In this document: positions 24,575-37,134 of the stretch, piece by piece
Numbering within the stretch: the stretch's first letter is position 1
How the letters are laid out: every line of letters begins with the position of its first letter
Assembly (NCBI RefSeq): GCF_006345805.1
Contig: NC_043003.1
Span: 53,568,001 to 53,632,000 of the forward strand
Direction: 5' to 3'
DNA length: 64,000 bases
Source: Octopus sinensis
Taxonomy: Eukaryota
Position numbers and translations under genes: made by a program
Notes under the pieces: model-generated
Databases searched by the model: none
Told to the model about the DNA's origin: nothing
What the model saw: only the letters and a program-made list of their open reading frames with translations

Positions 24575-24940
24575 GCATATCACTTACAATAAATCGGTGT
24601 ACATCCACCCATTTTTGTTACCTTAACGATATAACTAAGGGGGAATTACAACCGTATTTCGTGGTCTGCTACAACAGCTCCTTTATAGGATCCAGTTAGA
24701 TCAAGACATCATCAGGAGGAACCACGTCCGGTTTCGGCCCCTACTCCTCTACCGTTTTGACGTGGCGGGGCCCCCCCCTTTCGGAGGTGTCTTCAGCTCT
24801 GGTGTTGGGTGCATGTCTTCATTCTTCTTCTTTCTTCTGTTCCCTGGCCTCTTTGATGTATGTATTTTCTCATTTTAACTTGTGCACCTTATTTGGTAAC
24901 AGTTTGCTGAGCATCAGTTGTATATTTTATTTACACGTAA
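24575..24940 (-). mobile_element. CpG-retaining insertion, probably the 3' end/pLTR of a Penelope-like element
   Basis: Locally GC/CpG-rich; ORF-end-like KLK*ENTYIKE, then CTGATGA...CACGAAA and AATAAA; highly structured. Family assignment is inference. Confidence 0.4.
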
Positions 24941-24984
24941 ATATATTCATGACAAATGTCATAATTATTTTCCTCTCAATAGAA

Positions 24985-25360
24985 GTGCAAGTATGGCTGA
25001 GTGGTTATGAAGCTTGTTTTGCAACCACATGGTTTCAGGTTCAGTCACACTGCATGGTACCTTGGGCAATTGCCTTCTCCTTATAACCCTGGGATGACCA
25101 ATACCTTGTGAGTTAATTTTGGTAGATGGAGGCTGTGTGGAAACCTATGATGTGTGTGTATGTGTGTGTTTACTACCACCATTACCACCACTTGATAACC
25201 AGTGTTGGTTTGTTTACAGCTCTATAACTTAGCAGTTTGGTAAAAGAGACAGCTAGAACTAGTGCCAGACTTAAAAATAAGTACTGAGGTCAATTATTTC
25301 AACTAAATCCTCCAGGCCACTGCCCCAGCAATCGAATGACTGAAACAAGTAAAAGGAAAG
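24985..25360 (+). mobile_element. Older SINE family A copy
   Basis: Diverged, CpG-depleted copy. Confidence 0.7.
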
Positions 25361-25970
25361 AGATTTTAAAAAATATAGTAATAAGTATAAATTTCTAACT
25401 TTAAATCATCAAATATCTTAATGTTGTCATGGCCATTGTCATACTATGATACAATTATAAAACTATTCTTCAAGTTTGCTAATAATAGAACTTTTGGCAT
25501 GTTTAAATCATGTTTTGTACCCATGAAACCCCAATGAAGATTTTACAGTTTTTATGTAGCATTATCTAGAGCAAATCAGCCAGCTGTACAAAGCCTATCC
25601 CTTTCCAAGTCATAGCCATGAGAAAAATTCATCACATCCTTGCAAGTAAACAAAATGCACGTCAATGTTACGTCATTCCTGCTGCATACACAGGAAGTTT
25701 CAACATACTGTATTATCTGTTGAGCACAAGGTGAATGGAATTAGAATTAAATGACAGATCCAACCTATCCCAGCACAGACAACAGACATTAAATGATGAT
25801 GATAATGATGATCAAAGATGCAATGCAGAGACAGATATGGAATATGAAATAGGGACCCTTTGATCAACAAGCCACCATCCTGTTAAGTCAACCGGTTAAG
25901 GCTCTCACAATTTGAATATAAAAATCAGAAAAATTAAACACTATTATTTCAATAGACATATCTTCATTTT

Positions 25971-26331
25971 ACTCTTTTACTTTTTTACTTGTTTCAGTCA
26001 TTTGACTGTGACCATGCTGGAGCACTACCTTTTAGTCAACCAAATCGATCCCAGGACTTATTCTTTGTAAGCCCAGTACTTATTCTATTGGTCTCTTTTG
26101 CCAAACCGCTAAGTTATGGGGATCTAAACACACCAGCATCGGTTGTTAAGCAATGTTAGGGAGACAAACAGACACACAAACACACATATATAAACATATA
26201 CATATATACGACGGGCTTCTTTCAGTTTCCATCTGCCAAATCCACTCACAAGGTTTTGGTCGGCCCTGGGAGTGAACCTGGAACCATGAGGTTGATAAGC
26301 AAGCTACTTACCACACAGTCACTCCTGCGCC
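25971..26331 (-). mobile_element. SINE family A, full length
   Basis: Sequence similarity to family A. Confidence 0.9.
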
Positions 26332-27208
26332 TACTTATCTTAATCTGTTTTTCATTAATTTTTATTCCAGTACCCATGACAGATAATTCTCATCTGCTAA
26401 TTCTCAATCAGTACTATGACAAAATTCCCCCAGATATAATCTCCCAGCAGCCAATATCCCCTGGGATATTGTTCTTTCTTTACAATAAAAATATTTTAGG
26501 AAATTGAAATTAGATAAAAAAAAATTTAGATATTTATTGGTTGATATTTTTGTGTAAAATTTGTCCGGTGGGATTTTGTCCCGCTACTGCTATGATTTAT
26601 GTGCATGCTTTTATCATGAAACACCTATATGAGAAGATCTCTCAAGGCTAATAACGCAGCATTCAGTGTTCTAACAAGACAGCCATGTTAAGATGGATAT
26701 AAAGATTACATTTTGATATTAATACTGATTCTGTCACTAATAATTAATTTTTAATAAGCCTACGGGCTATTTGCAACATCAGTATCTGAGAAGATGGCAA
26801 TATTCTATATATAGTGACAGTGAGATATGACTGGAATGTAGTGATCGAATACTTCCCACTGATGAATGAAATCACATGATGTGGGATTTCCAGTGTCCAT
26901 AGCAGATGATTCCTCTCAGCCACAATCCAGGTGTATGCTTTTATGCAATAAATGCTTATATGAGAGGATCTCTTAGGTTAATAATACCACTTTTCATTGC
27001 TTAATCATCTGCTATAATAATACTCTAGTGTTTTCTTCATCACAACATATAAATGAGAAAGGAAAGGGTGATGGCAAACTGGTGGGATGGTGAACATTTC
27101 AATGCTGAAAAGAAAACTCATTTCAACTCTGTGTGAGTATATGTGTGTGCATGTACAAGGGAAGTATGTGAACATTGACAAATGTATTAATTTGACTTAC
27201 CATCCATA

Positions 27209-27564
27209 TCTCTATATAATAAAAGGCAAAATGTCTGCGTATGTGTCCTTTATACAAATCCACAATTTTTCAGTTAGAGGGCTCGCACTTTCTATGGCAT
27301 TTAAAACAATCCAAGGGTGGTCGTGCACATCTTTACATTTCCCCAGTCACCCCGCAAAGCCATTAAAAATAGAAGTGATTCTTGGTGAATTTTCTATCCA
27401 AAACCCAATCAAAATGCCCGAAACTTGATATGCCAATTGAATGCCAGCTAGCTGTATGTGATTGGTCAGAGATTTGAACAGTACTCGCGTGTATGTGCAC
27501 ACACACACAGCTGTATATGCAAGCACTAGTACTATGACCCAGCAATGCCGGGTCATAGTGCTAG
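27209..27564 (+). mobile_element. Non-autonomous Helitron
   Basis: A|TCtctatataataaaaggc 5' end; 3' hairpin ctatgaccc-agcaatgcc-gggtcatag followed by tgCTAG|T; inserted at AT with no TSD. Confidence 0.85.
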
Positions 27565-28805
27565 TTTGTATATAAAATTCTACAATTAACCATCATTTTT
27601 GTAACCTGTAGCAGACTTCATTTCTCTAGAATTGTATGTATCCTTCTGCACATTTTTATTCACTTCAATATTTTAAAAAATATGATGTCTTACTTCACTG
27701 AATTCTTTTATTGTATTGTACTATTGGGCTGACTGGCACTTAGTGAACAGGTTGAATAAGTTTACAACAGGTTTATTCAAAAAGTTGAATAAACCTGTAT
27801 ATAGCTTATTCAACCAGCTGAATAAGCAGCCTTAAAGGAAACTTGAAAAACCTAGTCAATCTATAATAAATATGATTCTACTCAAGTATTGAGTCCTTTC
27901 ATCAGTAAATGTTTGTTGTTGTTTATAACTACACAACTTAACTCCAAAATATATATTTGCATTACATCATTTTCTTCAATAAGCAGTCAATGTCTTGCAT
28001 ATATTCTAAATAAGGAACAATGCAATTTTGGAACAGAAAATGTAATTAGCCTCCTGGTATTTATAGTCTTAATACTCACTTCTAATTAAATGTTGTTCTT
28101 CTTTAGTCTTAGGTTGAGCAGACCTGTGACTGAACATTTCTTTATTTTTCTTTAAGAGTATTTAGGACTACATTATCTCGTTCTTATTTTCCTTTCTTAA
28201 CAACAGGGTAGGGTGTGACTTAAAGGAGATATGGTTGCTTATTCCAAGATCTTGTGTAGGCTTTTGTTAGATATAGCTAAATGATTTTGCAATTTTTTTC
28301 CATTTTATGTTAATTTTTTTTCATGCTTGCATGGGCCAAATGTATTTTCTCGAGTACAGCATCTTGCCACTTGTTGCAGTCGCTTTTCATCTCCTTTGTG
28401 AGAGTCAGTCCCCTGAGATCTGCTTTCAATATTATAACTTCTTTTTCTAGGGTCAATAAAATAAGTATCAGCTAAGTACTGGGGTCGATGTAATTGTCTT
28501 GCCCAACTCCCTACCCAAAATTGCTGGCCTGGTGCCAAAATTTGAAACCAAAATTACAATTTCTCTCATCTTCCACAGATGGCTAAATACTTATAAACAT
28601 AACTATCTAACTGTATCTAATTATATAGGTTGATTTGGCTTGGAGTTAATATGCTGTGTAATATCTAATTAAAGAATGCTATTGGTATTACAGCAACTGT
28701 TAAATATATCAGTTACATCTTTATGGTAAACCAAAAGGTTATAAAATCAAAACAAAAATGGCAAAAGTATGGCAAAATTATATATGGTATGAATTTAGTT
28801 TAGAG

Positions 28806-29150
28806 CAGGCCTGGCCAACTCGAATTACATTGTGGGCCACTTTAATCACAGAAAGTTCTTTGAGGGTTGCTTGTATACTTTATGCACTAATAGTCAAATA
28901 ATCAAATTTCAGAATCAAGAATTTTTCATACTTTTCATTTTTTTTTTAAATTGTAGGCTATTGCTTTATTGCCATTTTAAAATTTTAAACTTATATTGAA
29001 ACAAATGTTTTACACAAACAATTTTATTTTGAAATTAAACACAATACTACGAGAAAGTATCAAGCGGGCCACAAGATAAAAGTCTGCAGGTTGCAAGACA
29101 AAAGCCTGCAGGCCACATGCAGCCCACAGGCCTCAGGTTGGCCAGCCCTA
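28806..29150. mobile_element. hAT (Buster-type) MITE
   Basis: 8-bp TSD gtttagag (28798-28805 and 29151-29158, central TA); TIR caggcctggccaac / gttggccagcccta. Confidence 0.9.
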
Positions 29151-30186
29151 GTTTAGAGCATAGTCAGAGACACTTTGTCACATAATACGATTAGTATGTG
29201 GAAAATCCATTTGAGATACATAAATATTATTCCTCATGATTTAGTGAATATATATATATAACTATACATAATTTAAACATGGGTGGTCAAATGTATACAT
29301 ACATCTACTCTGTTCAACTCACTAAACATCTTAGTGTTTCCACATAAGAAAGAGATAGTGAAGGAATGATATTCAAGCTAATGAAATGACCTGATCATTT
29401 TCCCACAAAATTCAAACAAAATTAAAGTACCTTAGGCGCTAGAGCCCCAAACAGAGAAATGGAGATATGTATTAACAGATGCCATAAGTTTAATGAAAAA
29501 AGCTGACAATTTTTCATGTCCATGACCAAGACTTTACAAATATGTAACTGATATGCAGCTGAACAGTAAATAGCAGCAATAAATTTTCAACAGAGAGCTA
29601 ACAGACAAATTTCTTGTGCAAGTGACATATGACAAAGTGTTTCTGACTACATTCTAAACTAAATTCATATCATATATATCTCTTTGTATATAAAATGTAA
29701 TAGATTTATTTTCAATGATGATAAATAAATAGCAGAGTCCTATAGTTTAACTGAAGACTGTACCAGAAATCCTAGTGTTTCTGTTAACTTGGCAAGCTAG
29801 CCTAATGCTTCCATCATTATTCTAATATCTAAAAACGCAATCCAGCCAGTTTCAAATGAAAATAAAGATTCTACAGCTAAATGAAACAAAAAGCACTTTT
29901 ACAAATGAGGTCTTCAATTATATCATCTCATTTAATTTAAGTGCTTAGAGCTACATTAAGTAAAAAATAGCATTTACATACAATGCTTACAAATGTAACA
30001 TTATACTTTAAAATAAGATAGTTGGAGCTGACAAATGATATATTTAACAATATTCTCCTCCCACATTCAGCATCCAATTATAACAAAATTGCCAGTATAT
30101 TTGAATAGCGTTGACTTTTTTTTGTTTTATTTTTTTGTTTTTTCTTATTGAAAATTCTATAATAGTGAACTTTCTTTCTAAATAGA

Positions 30187-30855
30187 CACCGGGGTGGCTG
30201 TGTGGTTAAGAAGCATGCTTCCTAACCACATGGTTTTGGGTTCAGTCCCACTATGTGGTATCTTGGGCAAGTATCTTCTACAATAGCCCCAAGCCAACCA
30301 AAGCCTTGTGAGTGAATTTAGTAGACAAGAACTGAAAGAAACCCATCCTATGTGTTTGCGTGCATGTGTATGCATGCATGTATTATTTCTTTATTGCCCA
30401 CAAGGGGCTAAACATAGAGGGGACAAACAAGGACAGACAAAGAGATTAAGCTGATTACATCGACACCAGTGCGTAACTGGTACTTATTTAATCGACCCCG
30501 AAAGGATGAAAGGCACAGTTGACCTTGGCGGAATTTGAACTCAGAACATAATGGCAGACAAAATACCGCTAAGCATTTCACCCGGCGTGCTAACATTTCC
30601 GCCAACTCACCGCCTGTGCATGCATGTGTGCATGCGCTTGTGTCTCCTTGTCTTGACATCACACAATGTAAATAAATGTCATTCATTTCCAATTTTCTAC
30701 AAAAGCATGTCTGACCATCAAGAAATATTATCTTGCTTAGAAACAGGTAAGCGTTGGAGACAGGAACAGTACCAAGCTATAGGAAATCTGACTCAATAAA
30801 CCCTCTCCAACCCATGCAAGCTTGGAAAAGGATATTAAAATAATGATGATTAGAA
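30187..30855 (+). mobile_element. SINE family I (family A-like head, RTE-like tail) with nested family D copy at 30384-30614 (-)
   Basis: Head 30187-30350; tgcatgcatgt on both sides of the nested element; tail 30615-30855. Confidence 0.7.
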
Positions 30856-30983
30856 ACGATATAGCTAAAGCTGACAAATTATATATCAAAAGATGGACAG
30901 TATATTTGAATATCTTCAATTTTTTTATTTCACTATATTTTACATTGTATTTTATATATATATATTTTTTTTTTGTGAACTCA

Positions 30984-31361
30984 GGTGTAGGAGTGGCTGT
31001 GTGGTAAGTAGCTCACTTACCAACCACATGGTTCCACGTTCAGTCCCACTGTGTAGCACCTTGGGCAAGCATCTTCTACTGTAGCCTCAGGCCGACCAAA
31101 GCCTTGTAAGTGGATTTGGTAGACGGAAACTGAAAGAAGCCCATCATATATATATATATATACACGTGTGTATGTAAGTATGTATGTGTATATGTGTTTG
31201 TCCCCCCAACATCGCTCGACAACCGATGCTGGTGTGTTTACATCCCCGTAACTTAGCAGTTCGGCAAAAGAGACCGATAGAATAAGTCCTGGGGTCGATC
31301 TGATCGACTAAAGGCGGTGCTCCAGCATGGCGACAGTCAAATGACTGAAACAAGTAAAAGG
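30984..31361 (+). mobile_element. SINE family A, full length
   Basis: Sequence similarity to family A. Confidence 0.9.
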
Positions 31362-31395
31362 GTAAATTCTATGATATTGAATATATTGTTTTTAA

Positions 31396-31577
31396 CCCTT
31401 TAGCATTTAAACCAACCATATCTGGCCCAAATATTCTACCTGCCAGATCCAGCTTCTCACACCGACCCAACAATCAAAATCAAAACCTTGAAGCTACAAG
31501 ATAATCCAATGATTAATTCAAAAACAATGTAAATAAATAAGCATTACATTTGACAGAGTAATTGGAATGCTAAAGAC
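31396..31577. mobile_element. piggyBac-type MITE (family F), uninterrupted
   Basis: TTAA at 31392-31395 and 31578-31581; ends ccctttagcatt / aatgctaaagac. Confidence 0.75.
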
Positions 31578-32084
31578 TTAATCTAAAAAGCTATTAATTT
31601 TGGTGCAACGTTTAAAGCAAAAGACAGACTAGGCAAGAGGGCTAGCAAAGCCCAGTATTATTGCAAGACCTGAATAAATCAAATCATCATCATATTTCGG
31701 TATACACACCAATTCATTAATATCTACAAGGAAATATATGGTTTCTATGGCTGGATGCCCTTCCTAAAGTCAAACAATGTTAAATATTTGCAGCAGAGTA
31801 ACGAAGCAATAAAATTAGAGTAAAAAGTATGATTCATATGAACTAGATACTCTAAAATATTTCGGTATACACACCAATTCATCAATATCTACAAGGAATT
31901 ATAAACTTTACGTTGATGATAGTTACATTTTGAAGCATAACATATCCACGGGGATATTAATAGTTGAGATGAGGTACTGAAAGCAAGCCTTACAAAGAAC
32001 AGCAAGCCTTACAAAGAAGATGACAGAGGATTGAGATATGTGGTGTATTGCTGTCCCCCACAACAGGATTGAGATTCTGAAACC

Positions 32085-32325
32085 AAGGTGCCATGTAAAA
32101 AGCATTATTGGGGGTGCTGGTATCATGTAAGAAGCAGTGGGTGCTGGTGCAACATAAAAAGCACCCAGTACACTTTATAAAATGGTTGGCATCAGGAAGG
32201 GCCCCCAGCTGTAGAAACCAAGCTGAAACAGATTATGGAACCTGGTGTGGCCCCTGGCCTTGCTAGTTCCTCTCAAGTAATCCTACCCATGCCAGCATGG
32301 AATACGGATGTTTGATGATGATAAC
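32085..32325 (+). mobile_element. Older RTE LINE 3' end
   Basis: Diverged 3'UTR with gatgatg tail. Confidence 0.7.
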
Positions 32326-32457
32326 ATGGCATAAAAGCAGCTGTGAATTACTACAAAAATTAGTTTGTACCTTTACCATACAATAAAAGCTATAAAATGC
32401 TAATTTGATGAATTAATTTGTTATAGGTACAGGGACAGATGTGTCATACAAAGGCCC

Positions 32458-32815
32458 ATTTTGCGACCATGTGGTCCCCACTGCACAGCACCATGGGCAA
32501 GTGTCTTCTACTATAACACTTGAATGACCAATGCCTTGTGAGTGAATTCGATAGAGAGAAATTATGTGGAAGTCCATCGCATATGCGTGTATGTCTACTT
32601 GTATGTGTGTGTACATGCATGTATGTGAGTGTTTGTGTATGTGTCTATATTTGTTCTTCCAACAACTTGACAGCCACTGTTGGTTTGTTTACATTTCTGT
32701 AAATTAGCAGTTTGACAAAAGAGACAGAGAGAATAAGTACTGGGGTCAATTAATCCCTTCAAGGTAGTACCCCGCAGCATGGCTGCAGTCCAATGACTGA
32801 AACAAGTAAAAGATA
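32458..32815 (+). mobile_element. Older SINE family A copy
   Basis: Diverged similarity. Confidence 0.7.
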
Positions 32816-33128
32816 CAGGATAAAGATAAAATACCCTATCTACAATATATCATAAATATTCACAAGCTTTAATATAGAGGATACATATGGTACCAACAGC
32901 CGAGAGCATCATTTTCACATAAAACGAGCAGTTAGATAACAAAACATATCAACTTACACCACTGCTTGATGAATTCAAGAGATGAGACACTGCCGCCACT
33001 ACCACTGCCACCACCACCACCATAATCTAGCCAGTCTAGAACATGTCTCTTTATTGTTGTTTTAGTCTCATGTACAAAACTAAACCATCTGTTTAAAATG
33101 ATTTTCACAATTTTGGCATTATTTAGAA

Positions 33129-33175
33129 CAGGGGTGGGGAAACCCCTGCAAGCCCATTTTATTGTGCCCACAGAC
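33129..33175 (+). mobile_element. Orphan hAT/Buster-like left end, possibly the left terminus of the transposase fossil
   Basis: caggggtggggaaac preceded by atttagaa (NNNTANNN); no matching right end found. Confidence 0.35.
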
Positions 33176-33358
33176 TGATATACCCTATGTACAAAATATA
33201 GTAAAGTTTTCAATTGTAAAATTTATACAATACTCATTTGCCTATCTGTGATATAGGTCACGTTTCCACTATGACATAAAACGGTCAAACTCAAACAGAA
33301 ATCATCAGGTAATTGCCATCTGAATGGAAATTTTTGTTTTTACTATAAAACACATATT

Positions 33359-33479
33359 TCTTTTCTACTCTAGGCACAAGGCCCGAAATTTTGGGGGAGG
33401 GAGCCAGTCGATTAGATCGACCCCCAGTACGCAAGTGGTACTTAATCTATCGACTCTGAAAGGATGAAAGGTAAAGTCG
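33359..33479 (-). mobile_element. 5'-truncated SINE family D with 17-bp TSD
   Basis: actataaaacacatatt at 33342-33358 and 33480-33496. Confidence 0.85.
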
Positions 33480-33818
33480 ACTATAAAACACATATTGTTA
33501 GGTTTGTACCACCCCTTGAAACCCAACAACATTCTAGATGAGAAAATTAAAAACATATTGCATGTATCAAAATAATTTTTATATGAAACGAAAACTGAAG
33601 GGTCGTAGAAGATACTGTGTAAAAATTATTCATATCCAAGAACCCCAAGTATTTAAAATTTTCCCCCTTATTTCATTTTTCACATTTTTATGAAAAAAAA
33701 AAATCTACGAAATTGACACTCACCCTCTTTCTGTCAATCGATAAGCAAAAAATGTTTTGAAATCTATTAAGAATCAAAAATAAATTGGTAAAACTTCATC
33801 AGGATTATAAAAAATATT

Positions 33819-34219
33819 CTCTTTTACTCTTTTACTTGTTTCAATCATTTAACTGTGGCCATGCTGGAGCACCACCTTTAGTCGAGCAAATCGACCCCAG
33901 GACTTATTCTTTGTAAGCCTAGTACTTATTCTATCTGTCTCTTTTGCCGAACCACTAAGTTATGGAAATGTAAACACACCACCATCGGTTGTCAAGCGAT
34001 GTTGGGGGGACAAATGCAGATACACAAACATATACACACACATACATATATATATACGACAGGCTCCTTTCAGTTTCCCTCTACCAAATCCACTCACAAA
34101 ACTTTGGTCGGCCCAAGGCTATAGTAGAAGACACTTACCCAAGATGCCACACAGTGGGACTGAGCCCGGAACCATGTGGTTGGTAAGCAAGCTACTTACC
34201 ACTAAGCCACTCCTGTGCC
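33819..34219 (-). mobile_element. SINE family A, full length
   Basis: Sequence similarity to family A. Confidence 0.9.
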
Positions 34220-34665
34220 TACGCATATTACTAACTTTTTTCTAAAAAAGCACTGAAAAATAACTTTATTCAAAAGGGGTGTCGCATTTTTGCTATCAGT
34301 TGGTATCAAGAAGGTCAACAGGAGCTACTTTCATCTGTCAGCAGCTTATCAGTTATCATCTTTCCCTACCCACTCACTTACCAACACCTGTGTGGACAAG
34401 GTGGAGAGAGAAAAATCAAGTTAAACCTTACAGAACCAAACAATATCTTAATTTTTTGCAGATTTTAAATTTTTACTGAACGCATACATTTATGACTACG
34501 AGTCAGTTTTTCCCAGGCAGTATTCATAACAAAAATTCCAAAAGTGATAATATAAATTTAACCTGCTTATAACTTTGTTAAATCAAATTTTCTAAATCCT
34601 TATCAATATGGCAAGTGGTTACGAAAATCCTAAAAAAGAAGTGCTGCGTGAAGTGCTTTGTTTAA

Positions 34666-34876
34666 CCCTTTTGATACCAACCCGGCCTAAACCGCCTCTG
34701 GCTCTGTAGTACAAATGTCTTGTTTTCATTAAAATTTTCCACCAAACCTTAGTCACAATTTATGTTCCCAACACTAGCTTAATGATAACTAAATTCTTTT
34801 ATTAAATTCTTTGTTATATTTAAAATTAATTGAATGAAACACAGAGCATCTCAAAATAAATACGGTAATGAAAGGG
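34666..34876. mobile_element. piggyBac-type MITE (family E) inside the transposase 5' end
   Basis: TTAA at 34662-34665 and 34877-34880; CCC...GGG ends. Confidence 0.85.
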
Positions 34877-34935
34877 TTAATGAAAAATGGACTGAGTTTT
34901 ATTTTTTTATTGAAATAGATAACAAGTGCATTTGT

Positions 34936-35154
34936 CATGTTTCTTTTCTACTCTAAGCACAAGGCCCAAATTTAGGGGGAGGGGCCAGTCTATAAGATTG
35001 ACCCCAGTACGCAACTGGTACTTAATTTATCAAACCCGAAAGGATGAAAGGCAAAGTCGACCTCGGCAGAATTTGAATTCAGAACATAAAGACAGACGAA
35101 ATACCACTAAGCATTTTGCCTGACATGCTAACATTTCTGCCAGATTGCCGCCTT
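34936..35154 (-). mobile_element. SINE family D inside the transposase zinc finger
   Basis: TSD tgcatttgt at 34927-34935 and 35155-35163. Confidence 0.9.
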
Positions 35155-36619
35155 TGCATTTGTTTTGTTTGCAAAAAACCAGTAACTATTCATAAAAAAT
35201 ATAATATTGAGAGGTATTTTGTGAGTAAACATAAGACCTATGAAAATTTGAAAGAATCTGAACATTTAGACAAGTTAGCCTCCTTGAGAGAAAATCTGAC
35301 TGAAAGACAGGCTTTTTTTAAAAGGCTGATTCTTAAAAGTGAATCAGTAACTCGAGCTAGTTATGCAGGATGCAGAAATAGTGCTAAAAAAACTCAAACC
35401 ACATAGCGATAGTGAATTCATGAAAGAATGTATCCTTACTGCTGTTGAGAATATATGCCCAGAAAAACTTATCAAGAAGAACTGATTTTGATCGTATTAA
35501 AGATATTGCTGATGACATTCAAAGTTCTCAAAAATCAGATTCAGCAGCATTCATATCATATTCATTAGCTGTTGAAGAGATAACTAATCTGTCTAATACT
35601 GCTTGGGTGGCAATATTTATATGTGTAATAACTGCAAAATTCAACTTTTGGGAAGAATTTCTTGCCTTGAAATCAATGCATGGAACAATTAGAGGTGAAG
35701 ATTTATTTCAAATGGTCACCTCAGCCTTAAAGGATTTTGAATTACCTATGAAAAACAAATGGTCTTGCTACAGATGGTGCTCCATCTATGGTAGGTCGCG
35801 AAGTTAGGTGGTTAAGTAAGGCCCAAATGCTTAAGCGATTTTATGAACTGAAGAAAGAAGTGAAAATTTTAATGGATATTAAAAGTATTCCCATTGTAGA
35901 ACTCGAAGATAAAAAAGTTTCAAGGTGATTTAGCATTTTTAGCTGATATAACTAGTCATTTAAATAATTTGAACTTGAAACTGCAAAGTTCCAATCAGTT
36001 AATAACCATTTTGCTTTCACATATCAAAAGCTTTGAATCAATGCTTCATTTATTTGTCACATAAATGAAAAAATAGTGTTTCACAAATTTTCCCAAATTG
36101 AGCAAACAAAATTCCAAATCAACAAAGGAATATGCTGATGAGTGTGGAAGTCTTTTGAAGAAATTTTGAAGTAGATTTGAAGAAATACAAAATCAAACTA
36201 CAAGTTGTTGAAACACCTTTTGATGTGTGTCCTGAAGAGGCCCTGGATTCCTTACAACTAGAATTAATTGATTTGCAGTCAGATGACTTAATAAAATCGA
36301 AATATAATAATCTATTTTTATTGGACTTCTACAAATCCATCAATCCTGAAAAATTCTCTGTTTTACATAAAAATGCCTTGAAATTTGCATCACAATTTTC
36401 AACAGCTTATCAATGTGAGCAGTTTTTTACCAAATGAATTATTCAAAAAATTGTCTACGTACCAGACTTACTGACAAAAACCTGAGTAATGAACTAAGAA
36501 TAGCAGTTTCCCTCAAAGGCAGGTGATATTCCTAAACTTTCAAGAGAAATAAAGCAGCTTCATCCTTCTCACTAAACAAAACCAAATTTTAAAATTAAGG
36601 TTAATTAGCTTTGATGAAA

Positions 36620-37134
36620 TTAGGATCTTGTTGGTTTGGCTGCCAGCATTTCAAAAATTAAAGTTTACTGAAATTTTTTTAATTTGGTACAGTAATACAC
36701 TTGCCCAAACTGAATTGCTGTAGTTATTTCACTTTTTCCAGAAAAATGTTTTTAAATAGTTATAGAGGCTTAAAGTTTGAGCATTTTCCCCCAGTCAGGA
36801 AGCAAGATTTGAAAGTTGTCATTTTGTGCTTTGTCATCAACATCCTGAAAATAGCACATGTTGTCAATATTTATAAACAACACATGTTATGCAAATGCGA
36901 TGAACAACACATTCCATGCGATAAACACATTACAATTTTTAACAGAAAGGTTTGGAAGAATTAGATGAAAGTTCTCCTATAATTTTCTTTAATTGCCAAT
37001 AACTCTTTATCTTTTGATTTATAGCAAAAATGATTTTCACATCATTAATTAGCCTATAAAAGTGTATCATTACACTGGCTATGAAATCAATTCAAACAGA
37101 AATGATGCTGGCAGCCAAATTAACTAGATCCTAA
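36620..37134. mobile_element. Unclassified MITE with ~33-bp imperfect TIRs
   Basis: ttaggatcttgttggtttggctgccagcatttc (36620-36652) versus gaaatgatgctggcagccaaattaactagatcctaa (37099-37134). Confidence 0.6.

Larger units (their letters stand above)
34608..36575 (+). pseudogene. hAT Buster/SPIN/Charlie-type transposase pseudogene, interrupted by a TTAA MITE and a SINE
   Basis: After removing the inserts: MASGYENPKK...FNEKWTEFYFFIEIDNKCICFVCKKPVTIHKKYNIERYFVSKH (BED-like finger)...SESVTRASY...SYSLAVEEITNLSNTAWVAIF...LATDGAPSMVG...RWLSKAQMLKRFYEL...LQLELIDLQSD...FSTAYQCEQFF...LHPSH*. Many stops, frameshifts and an internal deletion. Confidence 0.9.

Noticed and set aside
24709-24772. HDV-like or canonical hammerhead assignment for the pseudoknot module
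   Set aside because: Strand order and junctions do not fit HDV; hammerhead stem I (type I) or stem III (type III) cannot form.
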